Positions 26,420 through 39,564 of a DNA stretch of 64,000 nucleotides are shown piece by piece. Position numbers and translations under genes: made by a program. A model generated the notes under the pieces. The model was given only the letters and a program-made list of their open reading frames with translations, had not been told where the DNA came from and did no database searches. This DNA is from Octopus vulgaris (taxonomy: Eukaryota), in the NCBI GenBank assembly GCA_951406725.2, contig OX597834.1, positions 43,648,001 through 43,712,000 on the forward strand, read 5' to 3'. The first letter of the stretch is position 1; each line of letters begins with the position of its first letter.

Positions 26420-27233
26420 GCATTTACACTTAAACATGTATCTATACACACATATACACATATATACTTACATATATGAATGGTTTATAAGCATATGTAT
26501 GTGCGTGTGTGTATGTGTGTCTGTGTATACACATAGATCTATACTTGTATATACACGCATATATACATATGTGTGTGTTTGTGTCTGTGTTTGCGTGTGC
26601 ATTTCTGTGAATGCTTTCGTCTGCATATTTCGGTGCAAATGTATATGCACGCGTGTTATTTCCTCGTATTTCATTCTCGTTCTTCGAGCGCAGTGACTCA
26701 TTCCATTCAAAGATCAGAGACACCGCGTATTCTATTTTCCTTGGGATTCACACTGATTCCATCTGCTTCACTCACTTATTTACAATATGAACTTTCCTTA
26801 AAGTAATGTTTATCAGATTCACGGAGCAAAGGTCTCGATTGTAAATTCTCGGCCAAAACCTCTACAATAAGTTATCACATACAATAGAAGACATAGCTGT
26901 GCTGTTAGGAATATAGTTTCACCACCAAGAGGTCTCAGGTTCGATATTACCGTCCGGTACCTTAGGAGAATGTTTTCGATGCCGGTGTAGTATGTGATCT
27001 ACATGCCATTGTAATCTAATGTAACTTATATCTAGACTAGCATGTGATCTGCACTCAAAATGTTGTTATAAATTTGTAATTACAATTAAAGGAGTCAGTT
27101 AAACAAGGAGTTCATAGCGTTGGAGACATTCTATTGCATCTTCATCTCGAATAAACTGTGTGCAAAATTCTTTGGGTCTCCTCGTGACAGGTAGGTAGGT
27201 AGGTAGAGAGAATGATGTATATGTCTGTATGCG

Positions 27234-27275
<42 letters not shown>

Positions 27276-27915
27276 GTATATGAGTTTGTGAGTATGTGAG
27301 CGTGCCTATGTGTTCGTAGACCCACATCGCTTGACAACCGGTGTAGACTAGCTTATGTCTCTGTAACTAGTGCTAGGCAAAGAGAGAGACCAATAGAATA
27401 AGAACAAGATATATAAAAAATAATAATGCTGGGGTTGACTTGTCCGACAAAAACCTACAAGGGGGTGCTCCAGCATCGCCACACTCAAACGACAGAGATA
27501 AGTGAATGATACATGTGTGAGCATGCGCGCTTTTTCCTGTGTTTCTGTGTGTCAGTCTGAGGGTGTATGTATGTATGTGGGCGTCCGTGAGTGTGTCTTG
27601 CAGGCTGTGTGCAAGTGTGTTTTTAATCCTCCATTTACTTTCTCCAATCTTACTCTCTTTGTCGCTTCTATCTTTTAGAATCCTCGAAACGTAGAAAACA
27701 TTTTCTTTCCTTTTCCCCATTTCCTCAGCGTGAACCTAATATTATTTTTGCTTAGTTTCGGTTTTTTCTTTACCCCGTCTTATATTTTTTGCACTATAAA
27801 TACATACATACATACACACACATACACACATATTCATATATATATATATATGCATACATACATATATATATATATCAACAAATATATATGCATACATGAT
27901 TTTACATATATATAA

Positions 27916-27961
<46 letters not shown>

Positions 27962-28381
27962 TCATATATGTACATATATATGTATATACAGTTGGCGGAT
28001 TTATAGTGCTAAGTCCTTAAGTATACTAAACATCGCTGATTAAAGGACTCAGTACTCATTCTCGAATCCAAATTAATATTATTATCGATATTGACCCGTT
28101 TATTTCGAAGATTTGCCGATACTGGTTAATCAAAGTAAGCTATTTTGAGAAACTTCTATCGGCAGAACTTCCAACTGAAGTAACACTATGGCTTGTGTAT
28201 GTATCTAAGGGCATGTGATCTGTGCATGGATGTGAATATGTGATGCGTGTATATAGGTATGTATCTATGTATGTGCATGTCAGTGTGTTTATAGGTGTTT
28301 ACGCATTTGTTTATGTTATGTTTGCACATATATAGAGAGAAAGAGATGGGTAGATAAATAGGTAGATAGATGTATAAATAA

Positions 28382-28443
<62 letters not shown>

Positions 28444-28546
28444 TGATTGATAGATAGACAGACATTTAGGTACATAATCAAATATACACGCGTCCTATCA
28501 TTGTGTGTATGTATATATGTATGCATACATATGTATTAATTATGCA

Positions 28547-28596
<50 letters not shown>

Positions 28597-28733
28597 CATA
28601 CATAGATACATACAAATAAAATGTATGTGCTTATATATATATATATATATATATAACCATGCAAATATACATACTTATATATTTGTATATATATATTTAT
28701 ATACATACATATATACATATATATATGTGTGTA

Positions 28734-28774
<41 letters not shown>

Positions 28775-28782
28775 GCATATAT

Positions 28783-28849
<67 letters not shown>

Positions 28850-29163
28850 CATATATAAATCAAGCGGAGGACGTAAGAGAGGAGGAGTGAAATGAAGTCA
28901 TAGATAAACGTTTGATTATATATCATCTCACAACGACATATCTTAATGGAGGCTTTATTCCTCGTCTGGCAATCGATTAGATCTGTTTCTGTTTAAAACC
29001 TATTACTTCCAATAATAACAACAGCAACAACAATAATAATAATGATAATAACTTCCATCGCTATTACGTAAAAACAACACCCACGATAATACCACTGCTG
29101 CTTTCACTCATTTAAGATGCTCAAATCTGTTTAAGATTCTTAAGCCTTTACCAGTCAAAGCAC

Positions 29164-29211
<48 letters not shown>

Positions 29212-29255
29212 CATATATATTCCGGATAAGAAAAAGGCCGTATATTTCGCTAGTA

Positions 29256-29301
<46 letters not shown>

Positions 29302-29549
29302 TTCACTGGAAGTTATAGTGCATAAGAGGACGCGTTTTCATAATTTTCTGGGTTTGCCACACCCTTGGTACCCGGGTCCCATCCCTAGCGACTCTCCCAC
29401 ACGTCATTAATACAAAGGTAGACCTATTTCTACTAAAAATATAAAACAACTCTAATCACAAACAAGATTTACCTTAATTATTCTAATATTTGTTTTTTTT
29501 ATCTTTGCAGTACGAAAGAGTAAATATAAGGCGATTATCTGGAAGATTC

Positions 29550-29945
29550 ATCAGCACGCCAGGTAAAATGCTTAGCGGCATTTCGTCCGTGCCGACATTT
29601 TGAGTTTCATCATTTCGGGGTCGATAAAATAAGAACTAGATGAACGCTGTGGTCGATAAAATCGTCTTAATACCTCTCCCAAAATTGCTGGCTTTGTGCC
29701 AAATTTTGAAATCAGTATGAAAGACTAAATATACGGCGGTGAGCTGGCGGAATTGTTAGCACGCGGTTCAAATATTTAGCAACATTTCGTCCGTCCTTAC
29801 GTACTGAGGTCAAATTTTGCCGGTGTCGATTTGCCTTTCCATCCCCTCATGATCGATAAAATAAATACCAGTTGAGTATGGAGTTGATGAAATCGATATA
29901 ATACCTACCCGGAAATTGCTGGCCTTATGCAAAAATTTGAAGTCA
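29550..29945 (+). mobile_element. Two adjacent diverged SINE family A copies
   Basis: AAATGCTTAGCGGCATTTCG and GGCGGTGAGCTGGC heads, GTCGATAAAATAA cores, GCTGGCCTT(G/A)TGC tails. Confidence 0.75.
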
Positions 29946-30068
29946 ATGTGACTGAATAAATTTACATCCAAGCTATAACTACCGCTTGACAACTGGTGCT
30001 GGTTTGTTTACAAAGTTACGTTCTCAGTATCTTGACAATTTGCAATTGGCGGGACGAACACAGACACA

Positions 30069-30167
<99 letters not shown>

Positions 30168-30254
30168 ATAGATATACCTATAGATATACACTTCTAAGAC
30201 AAATATATACCCATACATATATATATATATATATATACACATACATATATGTAT

Positions 30255-30600
30255 GTAGTTGGAATTTACAAAAAAATGAAGAAATAAATGACGAAGACAG
30301 GTGTGTAAACAACAAACAGGTGTATTAGTTTAACGCTCGGTAAGGTGAGAAACTCTTTTACGTTTCGAGCCTAAGCTCTTCAACAGAAAGGAATACGAGA
30401 AAATAAACAGAGAGAGAATAAACAAATCTTTAATGGCTAGCGTTCGATCATAGCGGCTAGCTAGACGGAGGTTGTCAGACAGGAGAGCTAGGAAGAAGGG
30501 GAGATAATAAAGTAGTGGTGATCCCAACATGAAGGTGCGCGTGCGTATGTATATGAGAGTGTGCAAGTGTATGCGCGTGGATTGTGGCTGGTGACTTTGA
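30255..30600 (-). mobile_element. Probable Penelope-like element (PLE) terminal-repeat fragment
   Basis: Contains a minimal hammerhead motif of the type established for PLE terminal repeats; no ORF. Boundaries approximate. Confidence 0.45.
30354..30392 (-). ncRNA. Minimal type I hammerhead ribozyme motif (core variant)
   Basis: Minus strand CUUU-CUGUUGA-A-GAGC-UUAG-GCUC-GAAA-C-GU-A-AAAG. Stem I is CUUU/AAAG, stem II is GAGC/GCUC, stem III is loopless palindromic ACGU. Core is CUGUUGA instead of CUGANGA. Confidence 0.55.
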
Positions 30601-31220
30601 CGTCCGGACGTGTGCATGTGTAGGTGCGCGGATTATGGTGTGTGTGCTGGGGAAGTGGTTTGTGCTAGTGTTTGCGGGGATGGTGTGATGCGGCATGCTG
30701 TGGTATGGTGTGGCATGATGTGGAGTGGTGGTGTGTGGTGTGTATGGTGTGAGTGCTGGGAAGTGTACAATGGTAGTATATACACACACATATGTATATG
30801 TATATATACACTGCTAAGATGAATATATACCCATATATATATAACGGTTTTGTAGATCTCCGGGCCGCTCCATACACTGAGCCCTATAGTATAAATTTAG
30901 TAACAGCATGATAACGCAAACATAGATCAGAATTAGTCCTCTAGACCCGTGAGGCACCCACCCACCCGGTCAACTGCGCTGACTGACCATACCGATAGGT
31001 GTAAGCATGCATATACATGTATATCATTACGAGTGACAGTGTGCATATGCGAGATCCCGCGATAGGTACATTTTGAGCCTGTGTGGGGGGGGGGGTATCA
31101 ATAATGTATATCTAAGCAATTACGTGCAAATCAGTAAAAAGTTCCACATAAAATGGAATATCATTTATATAATCATTCATAAACACGTGCCTATCTACCT
31201 ACACACACATATATATATGT

Positions 31221-31268
<48 letters not shown>

Positions 31269-31328
31269 ATATATATACATCTCTCATTCTAATTGCCCGC
31301 GCGTCTATCTATCTGTCAGTCTACCTGT

Positions 31329-31380
<52 letters not shown>

Positions 31381-31723
31381 ATATATATATACATGCATAC
31401 GTAGGGATGTCTGTATCTCTGAATGTGTATGTGAACACACCTACACAAACGCATATAATCATAGAGACGCACGCACACACAGCGCACACAAACACGCACG
31501 TATGCAGACACACACACAGACGCAGACACACTCACACGCACACACACATTTCTACACACGAGTGCATTGAATCCAAATAGTGATAAAACATGTCCCAAAA
31601 ATGTGCTGTTTGTTGTAGACATGTACGATGAACTGAGAGCTTCAAACACATATACATACGTACATATATGCGCGTGTGTGTGTGCGTGCGTGTGTGTATT
31701 CATATGTATACATATATATATGT

Positions 31724-31856
<133 letters not shown>

Positions 31857-32260
31857 ACATACATAATTACGTACATATATAGAGACAGGTGCGTTTGTGT
31901 ATGCATGTATGTATGTTTGCAAGTACAGTGAGATAAATAGAGAGATCATTATTTGGAATAGGTCTTGAGTGACGGGGAAGTTAGGTGGGGCGAAATAAAT
32001 AGTGGTGGAGGGGGAAAACTGCTGTGCGAGAGATATCTAAGGGGAGAGAGAGAGAGGGGGGAAAGGATAATATCAGAAGGAGAGATGCGAAAATGGTGAG
32101 GAAAGATTAAAAAAGAAGAAAAACAGAATAGTCACAACAAGAAGGAGAGAGAGAGAGAGAGAAAATGATAAACAAAATGCGCGAACGATACGTGATTTAA
32201 GCGATAGATTTGGAGAGTAAGAGATAGACAAGCCGAAAGATAGTGAAAGAGTTACAGAAC

Positions 32261-32296
<36 letters not shown>

Positions 32297-32562
32297 GTGA
32301 GAGAGGGAGACATGGAGTGAAGGAGACAGAGACATAGAGAGAGAAACTAAGAGAGAGACGTGTGCATGTGTACGCGTAGATGTCAATGAGAGAGAGAGAG
32401 ATGCATAAGCATGTATGTAGATCTACGTGATTGAATTCATGGAGATGAGTGAGAGTTAGAGAGAAGGAGAGAGAGAGAGATAGAGCGAAAGAGATGGCGA
32501 GAACGAAAGAGTGTACCCGAGTTCGCATAGCTGTCAGAGACAGAGGGAGACTGAGAGAGAGA

Positions 32563-32599
<37 letters not shown>

Positions 32600-32957
32600 A
32601 GAGACAGAGGGAGAGTGACAGAGACAGAGGGATACTGTGGGAGAGAGAGAGAGCCAGAGACAGGAGGAGAGTGACAGAGACAGAGGGAGAGTATGGGAGA
32701 GAGAGAGAGCCAGAGACAGTGGGAGAGTGTGGGAGAGAGAGAGAGTCAGAAACAGGGAGAGACTGAGCGAGGGATAGAGTCACTGAGAGAGAGAGAGAGA
32801 GAAAGAGAGACAGAGATCGGGTGGAATACAGCATAAGGGAGGGGAGAATGTCTGTGCGTGTGTATGTGCGTGCGTACGCGCATGTGTGTGTGTGTGTGTG
32901 TGCGTGCGTACATGTGTGTATGTGTGATATAGATAGACAGACAGACAGACAGACAGG

Positions 32958-33088
<131 letters not shown>

Positions 33089-33598
33089 GAATAGAGAGAG
33101 AGATGGAGGAGAGAGAGAGAGAGAGGAATTGATGGTGTGACGGCGGGGAAGAGGAGAGCTTTTCCCATCTAATTGATTAAAAGGACTGAACGACTGTAGG
33201 TCGTAGACGATGGTAATTTGACCAAAGATCTTTCGTTCTTTCTCTCTTTCTACGATGCCGTCGTCGTCCACACACACACACATGCTACTACTACTACTAC
33301 TACTACTACTGCTACTACTGCTACTGCTAGCTGTATGTCAATATAAACATGGTGTCCAGAGAAGAGCATCAGTGAGCGGGTTTAATTGGATATGTCCCCG
33401 ACACCTGTGCAGTATCAATTCCTAATAGCATTGTCTGCTGCCAGCTCTATTTGCTTCCAATATCGTAATTGATTGTATGTAGAGCGAATAAAGTGCGCGC
33501 TTTGCATTACTCACCAGTGGAAAAGCTAAGCGGTGCGGCGACGGCTACTAGGTGCGGTGGTGATAGGAAGAGGAAAGAAACGAGAAGGACAAGAGAGG

Positions 33599-33634
<36 letters not shown>

Positions 33635-33767
33635 TGAGAAAGACTAGAGAAGGAGAGACAGAGAGACAGAGAGAAAGAGATTGAAAGTGGGAGAAAGGGG
33701 TGAGAAAGACAAAAGCAGGAGAGTGGAGAGGAGAGATTGAGTGGGGGTGAGTGGGGATAGGTGCGTA

Positions 33768-33809
<42 letters not shown>

Positions 33810-34038
33810 CGTAGAGTTTAACCATGTTATAGATAGAGTACAAATATTGTTAAAAACTTATCTACACATGCATGTATACACATGCATATACACCCCACCC
33901 CCACGATATATTCACACACACACACACACACAGATAAATAGATATATGTATATATGTATGTATGTATATACATATGTTTGTATGTAAGCATCTATGCGTC
34001 TTGTTTCAGTTATATGACTGCGGCCAAGCCGGAGCCCC

Positions 34039-34098
<60 letters not shown>

Positions 34099-34199
34099 GG
34101 TGTGCGTATACGCATATACATATATGAGTGCATGTATGTATATATTTATATGTATATATTTATAATGCATATATGTATGTATTCATGTATGTATGTATG

Positions 34200-34230
<31 letters not shown>

Positions 34231-34982
34231 ATATATATATATACACACATACATACATGCATACACAGACATATACGTATACAGTCTTAATATATAACAT
34301 ATATAGATACTCGCATATAAAGAGAGATAAAGAAGGAGAGAGGGAGAGAGACTGAGAGAGAAAAAGACATACGCATAGCGAAAGAGACAGGGAGTTAGAG
34401 AGAGAGATATATATATATAGAGAGAGAGAGAAAGAGAGAGCTATGAGGCCAACGAAAAAATTCTTGCTGAGTTCCATGGCAATGACATGGTGCTTTGTTA
34501 AGGAATTTTCGTAGGAGAATTCTATGATCGTTCCCGTTGACTTCCTTCGGCTATTTTGATTCTTTCATATCGATACACACACACACATACATACACACAA
34601 ACGCAAGAGCCACTGTATTTTTTGCTAAGAAGCAGACAAGTTCGTCTGGGCACTTAGAACAGAAAGAGAAAAAAAAATACAGCGGAGTCTTTTTTGGCTA
34701 CCGCTCTGGCGAATTCTCTCATTGCACCGATCTGCACCGGTGCCTTCATCTCATAGACGTTTGAAGAATGAAAGGCTGAGATGACCTTGGCAGGATTCAA
34801 GCTTAGGACAACGTAACATGCATGAAAAAAGTATTGCATAGTATTTTACTCCGATGCACCGACGGTTAAGTGAGTTAGCGGTCTTTTTATATATATTGAA
34901 TATATATGCAGTTAAATTGTGAATTAATCTTGGTTGAATTGAAATAGCGAGCGTGATGCCGAATTCCTTTTCATATATATAT

Positions 34983-35034
<52 letters not shown>

Positions 35035-35224
35035 CGCTTTTGGATTTGGTTTGCAAGATTCTTTATATGAGGTCGTGTGTTAAAGCATATTCTGTTGTGT
35101 CTGGGGAGAGTCTTTCAATAGTCTGGACTCAAGACTATTGAAAAGGTTGAAAATGAAATGTATTTTAATAGACACCTATTTTACAATTATTTAAAGCATG
35201 TATACACTTTTTGGGACACCCTAC

Positions 35225-35745
35225 TCTCTCTTACTCTCTTTTACTTGCTTCAGTCATTTGACTTCGGCCATGCTGGAGCACCGCCTTTAGTCGATCAAAT
35301 CGACCCCAGGACTTATTCTATCGGTCTCTTTTGCTGGACCGCTACGGGGACGTAAACACCCCAGCATCGGTTGTCAAGCTATGTTGGGGGGGGGGGGCAA
35401 TCACAGACCCAAACGAACACACACACACATATATATGTGTGTGTGTGTATGTATGTATGTAGATATGTAAACACACACATATATATATATATGTGTATAT
35501 GTGTATATATTTATATGTGTGCGTGTGTATGTATGTATGTACATATGTAAACACACACACACACACACACACATGTATTTATATATATGCACGACAGGCT
35601 TCTTTCAGTTTGTGTCTATTGAATTTAGTCACAAGTCTTAGGTCGGCTTAGAGAGGTAGCTGAAGACACCCAAGGCGCCGCGGTGTGAGACTGAACTGGA
35701 AATCATGTGGTTGAAAACCACGCTTCATACCACAAGGCCATGCTT
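35225..35745 (-). mobile_element. Full-length SINE family C with internal (TA)n/(CA)n microsatellite
   Basis: Head at ~35590-35745, internal microsatellite 35415-35590, tail GGCGGTGCTCCAGCATGGCCG...GACTGAAGCAAGTAAAAG at 35235-35287. Confidence 0.85.
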
Positions 35746-36016
35746 ATATGTACATAAACATGAGTGTCTATGTGTGCGTGTGTGTATTTGTGTGGGTGCA
35801 TATACATATGTGGATGTATGTATACGACAAGCTTCTTTCACTGTCCACCTACCAAAACCATTCGCAACGGTTCGTTCGGTTTGGCATTATAGCAGAAGAT
35901 ATTTGCTCAAGATGCCGAGGCATCAGATTGAACACGGAACCTTGTGGTTGAGAAGCAAAATATTATTATACCAATACGCCTACGTAAAACCAAATATATA
36001 TATATATATGTATATA

Positions 36017-36293
36017 CGAGCAAAACGGCATCCATCCAATGGACGGTGCTGAGTTGTTAAACATTTAAACCAAATTTTCTCAAAACAACTTGTCCGACCG
36101 TCCCAAAGGCCTCCCCTTTGAGAAACATTGATTTAACCTGAATTTGAGACATCAGCAAAAGAAGAAATAAAGAAAGACATTTTCCAAAGATACCGTCAGT
36201 ATCTACATATCAAATTTGAGCGCAATCGGATGGAGGATGCTCGACATCCTAGAAGACACACACACACAGACATAACGAATTTTATATAATAGA
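36017..36293 (-). mobile_element. Short non-autonomous Helitron-like element
   Basis: 5' A|TCTATTATATAAAA, internal GATAC..ACGGTATC palindrome, 3' CCGTCCA-T-TGGATGG hairpin then CTCG|T. The 5' ~100 bp is shared with 62752-62858. Confidence 0.65.
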
Positions 36294-36303
36294 TATGTAT
36301 ATA

Positions 36304-36368
<65 letters not shown>

Positions 36369-37167
36369 GCATATATATATAATATACGCACACACACAAA
36401 TTCAAATGTGTTTGTGTTACGGGTGGTAACGGTGCGTAACGGATGTTAACGGGAATAAATATTTTACATATCTAGCGATGAGCACTCTATGGAAAAATTT
36501 CAAAAGCTGAAGCCTGAATGTACGACAAAAGCATTGGATGGGAAGTAGAAAAGTATAAACTATTAACAGATTACAAAAATTTAAGGTATTAAAAAAAAGT
36601 TGTTTTGAATATAAAATATTATGTCTGGAAATTATTAAAGATAAATTATGAGATTACAGTTAACGAGATCTCTAATTTCGATCTTATATATCCTAATATT
36701 TAATTACAATATAGAGTTCATAATTAAATTATAAATACAGAATGTGTGTGTTTCGTCTGAGAATAGTTATTTCATAAATAGATTGAATTAAGTTAAGTGA
36801 AAACTGGGTAAAATGTGAAGCAATTATTCAGAATTCTTACATCCAAGAATAAATCGCATATCTGTGTTGGAAAATGGTGTTTAACTCTAAATTATAATTG
36901 AGAAATAAACGTCGGAATTATTCAGAGAATAGCAGAATATATCATTGGAGGTCTGGTTGCAAAGTGTCGAGCGGTTTTAAAAGATGTTAAAGAATGTGTA
37001 AGACAAGAGATTAAGAAAATGTATAGCCAGGAAATGTAGATTAGGGCAGCGGCACGAAATCCCTTTATTCACGAAGTGTCACATATCAGTGAAGGTTTCA
37101 AGTTGTGAAGGTGCAGCAAAGCTAACGGCCTGACTGTAGCCTGATGAGTGGAACAAGTGAAGAAAGA

Positions 37168-37458
37168 TAGATTAAGTTTACGGACCAGATACTGCACCAG
37201 TTTTGGTTTCAAGGGCCCACAGCTCGTTAATATCTTGCCAAATATCCTGCGAGAACTGCAGGATGTGGATGTAGGTGTCTTCAAAACAAAACTGCATCTC
37301 CTCGTGTCAAAAGTTTCGGATGAAGCAACCTGAGAGCAAGAAATGCAGATGAGGGCACCAGAATCAAACTCCTTCGTTCACGAAATGCCTTAACGTGTAA
37401 CAAATATAACGGCGGTGCCCCAGCATGGCCGCAGATTTTGGGCTGACACTAGTTAGAG
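37168..37458 (+). mobile_element. CR1-group LINE 3' end (ORF2 C-terminus + 3' UTR)
   Basis: RTRYCTSFGFKGPQLVNILPNILRELQDVDVGVFKTKLHLLVSKVSDEAT*EQEMQMRAPESNS matches the GP.LFN.LP...FK.KLD.FL..VPDEP...SNS terminus of invertebrate CR1-group elements. Confidence 0.75.
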
Positions 37459-37789
37459 CGTTTAGAGTTCAAGAGGCATACCTATCCGACTAAGAAGCAC
37501 AACTTGTAAGCACGGGTATTCATGATTAGTCGCAAGTGAACGTCATGTTGGGGTTGTACAATAATCCAAAGTCAACTTGTGTGTGTGGGTATGTTTATTT
37601 TATTCTTTTTCGTATTATTTACATAATATCGAGGTCTCTTTCATTCTTTTGTTGTCTTACCATTTCTATCAATATATATATATAGATATATATTGTTACC
37701 ATTTTATATTTTTAATTTCGCGCATACGTATTCATTGTTTTTCGTTTTGTCCACTGTCAACTACACAGTATAGTAGGGACAGTTGGGCA

Positions 37790-38240
37790 CCGTCTGTGAG
37801 AAAAACAGCACCATCACTCATTTCACTCTACCAGAAACTTGGAAACGACATTCTGTACTTCTTCGCATTCGCGCGGGAAACACCAATACGAAAATGTCAG
37901 GGTGTTTGGCTGTCAACGTGATGGCAGTACAGTGGATTCGGAAAGATTTGGTTGAATCTACGAAGATAGGGCAGCTTGGAAAACTCATTCTGATCGTTTC
38001 TGTTCAGAAAAGAACTCCTGAATTTGTTGGTGAAATTCTGCCCCTGACTGACAACGATCCCTCCAAGTCAACCATCAGAGTGACATCGGAGTGTCTGAGT
38101 TTCTGAGAGGCAGGAAATGCAAGAAAACATCTGGATATTCTTCATACAAGATGACAAAGGGCCAATTTTTATCCCAAACCATCAAGGACAAGAGGAAACG
38201 CCGCGCTACGAAGGTTTTGAATAAACTCAAGCATCCCCTC
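37790..38240 (+). mobile_element. Tc1/mariner-superfamily transposase N-terminal relic (maT-like)
   Basis: Frameshifted peptides WKRHSVLLRIRAG...KRTPEFVGEI..DNDPSKS...SYKMTKGQFLSQTIKDKRKRRATKVLNKLKHP; no catalytic domain retained. Subfamily assignment is from recall. Confidence 0.6.
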
Positions 38241-38411
38241 CGACCGAACGATTAAAATTTCGGCCCGGATCAGAAAGAGAACACAGACGAAAGGTGGGTG
38301 TGTTACACACCTTGTGTGCGAAAATTTGAAACAAAGCTTTTCCAATAAACAGTAAAAAAAAGGCGATTAACTTAGGAGCCGATCCAACAACACGATTGAT
38401 AGATAGATTGA

Positions 38412-38442
<31 letters not shown>

Positions 38443-38525
38443 GTAGATATGCAGACAGCCAGACAGACAGAAAGATAGACAAATAGATAGGTAGATGCAG
38501 GAGAGAGAGAGAGATAGAGATAAAT

Positions 38526-38562
<37 letters not shown>

Positions 38563-38712
38563 AATAGATAGATAGATTGATAGGTAGATAGATAGATAGA
38601 TAGGCAGATAGATAGATAGATAGGTAGGTAGGTAGGTAGGTAGGTATGTAGGTAGGTAGGTAGCTAGGTAGGTAGGTAGATAGATAGATAGACAGACAGG
38701 CAGCAGACAGGC

Positions 38713-38768
<56 letters not shown>

Positions 38769-39503
38769 TGCTTGTTGGTGTGAGTGTTTGTGTCAGTGTG
38801 TGTGTGTGGGTCTTTGTGTATGGCTGTGACGTTTGGTTGACGGAGGTAATTAGATGCGTGTTATGCAATATAACCTCTCTGAGAATCTTCTGACATTAAT
38901 ACAGCCGTCACGATGTCACGTTACCATCGCATATCTCTCCTTTTCGTCATCTTTTCCTTATCTGATCTATAGAGCTAGATGAAGTCTTCTGGGCTGCTGT
39001 TGTCGACGGCGTGATTGCAAATGTGACTGTAAGAGTAGTGTCTCCCCCTCCTCCTCCCGCCTCCACCATCTCGGTGCCGTGTCTGCATTTAAAGAATTTC
39101 TTCTCGCCAGCATTCTACGAGTGCTTTTATCAGGTTCCAGCTTCAAGCTCGTTGTTATCGTCGTCTAGGTTTCATATTAATTCTGTATTAAATATTTGTT
39201 TTAGCTGCTGTTGTTTCCGATATTGCATCACGGCAGACGAAGCGAGATCGAGCAGTCCTATAACGAAATGTGTCCCAGGCGTGACCTTCCCGTCTCTTAT
39301 AAATGCTCTAAGTCTTTATTGTCTCATGTGCCTGTTTCTAATCCGATAAGGTATAATCTGAAGTCGATATGGCTGCTGGTATTAAGAGGTTGTATGAAAG
39401 AGCAGAAGTTGCCGTTGATGCTGTTGTTGTACAGCCATAGGTTAGCATTAACCACTAAACCTATGTTCTAATTCATAGCAGCCGAGAGAATCCCAGCTCT
39501 TAT

Positions 39504-39551
39504 TCGGAGATATTATTACAAAATTAATTAATTTTGTAATAATATCTCCGA
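39504..39551. repeat. Perfect 48-bp palindrome
   Basis: TCGGAGATATTATTACAAAATTAA|TTAATTTTGTAATAATATCTCCGA; the halves are exact reverse complements. Confidence 0.95.
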
Positions 39552-39564
39552 TTAAAGCTGTTCT

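Noticed and set aside
29511-29562. Possible 52-nt micro-exon (TTTGCAG|...|GTAAAA)
   Set aside because: The donor lies within a SINE head and no reading-frame or neighbouring exon support is visible.
32073-32834. 253-aa Leu/Ser ORF and the antisense Arg/Glu ORF
   Set aside because: Degenerate (GA)n repeat tract.
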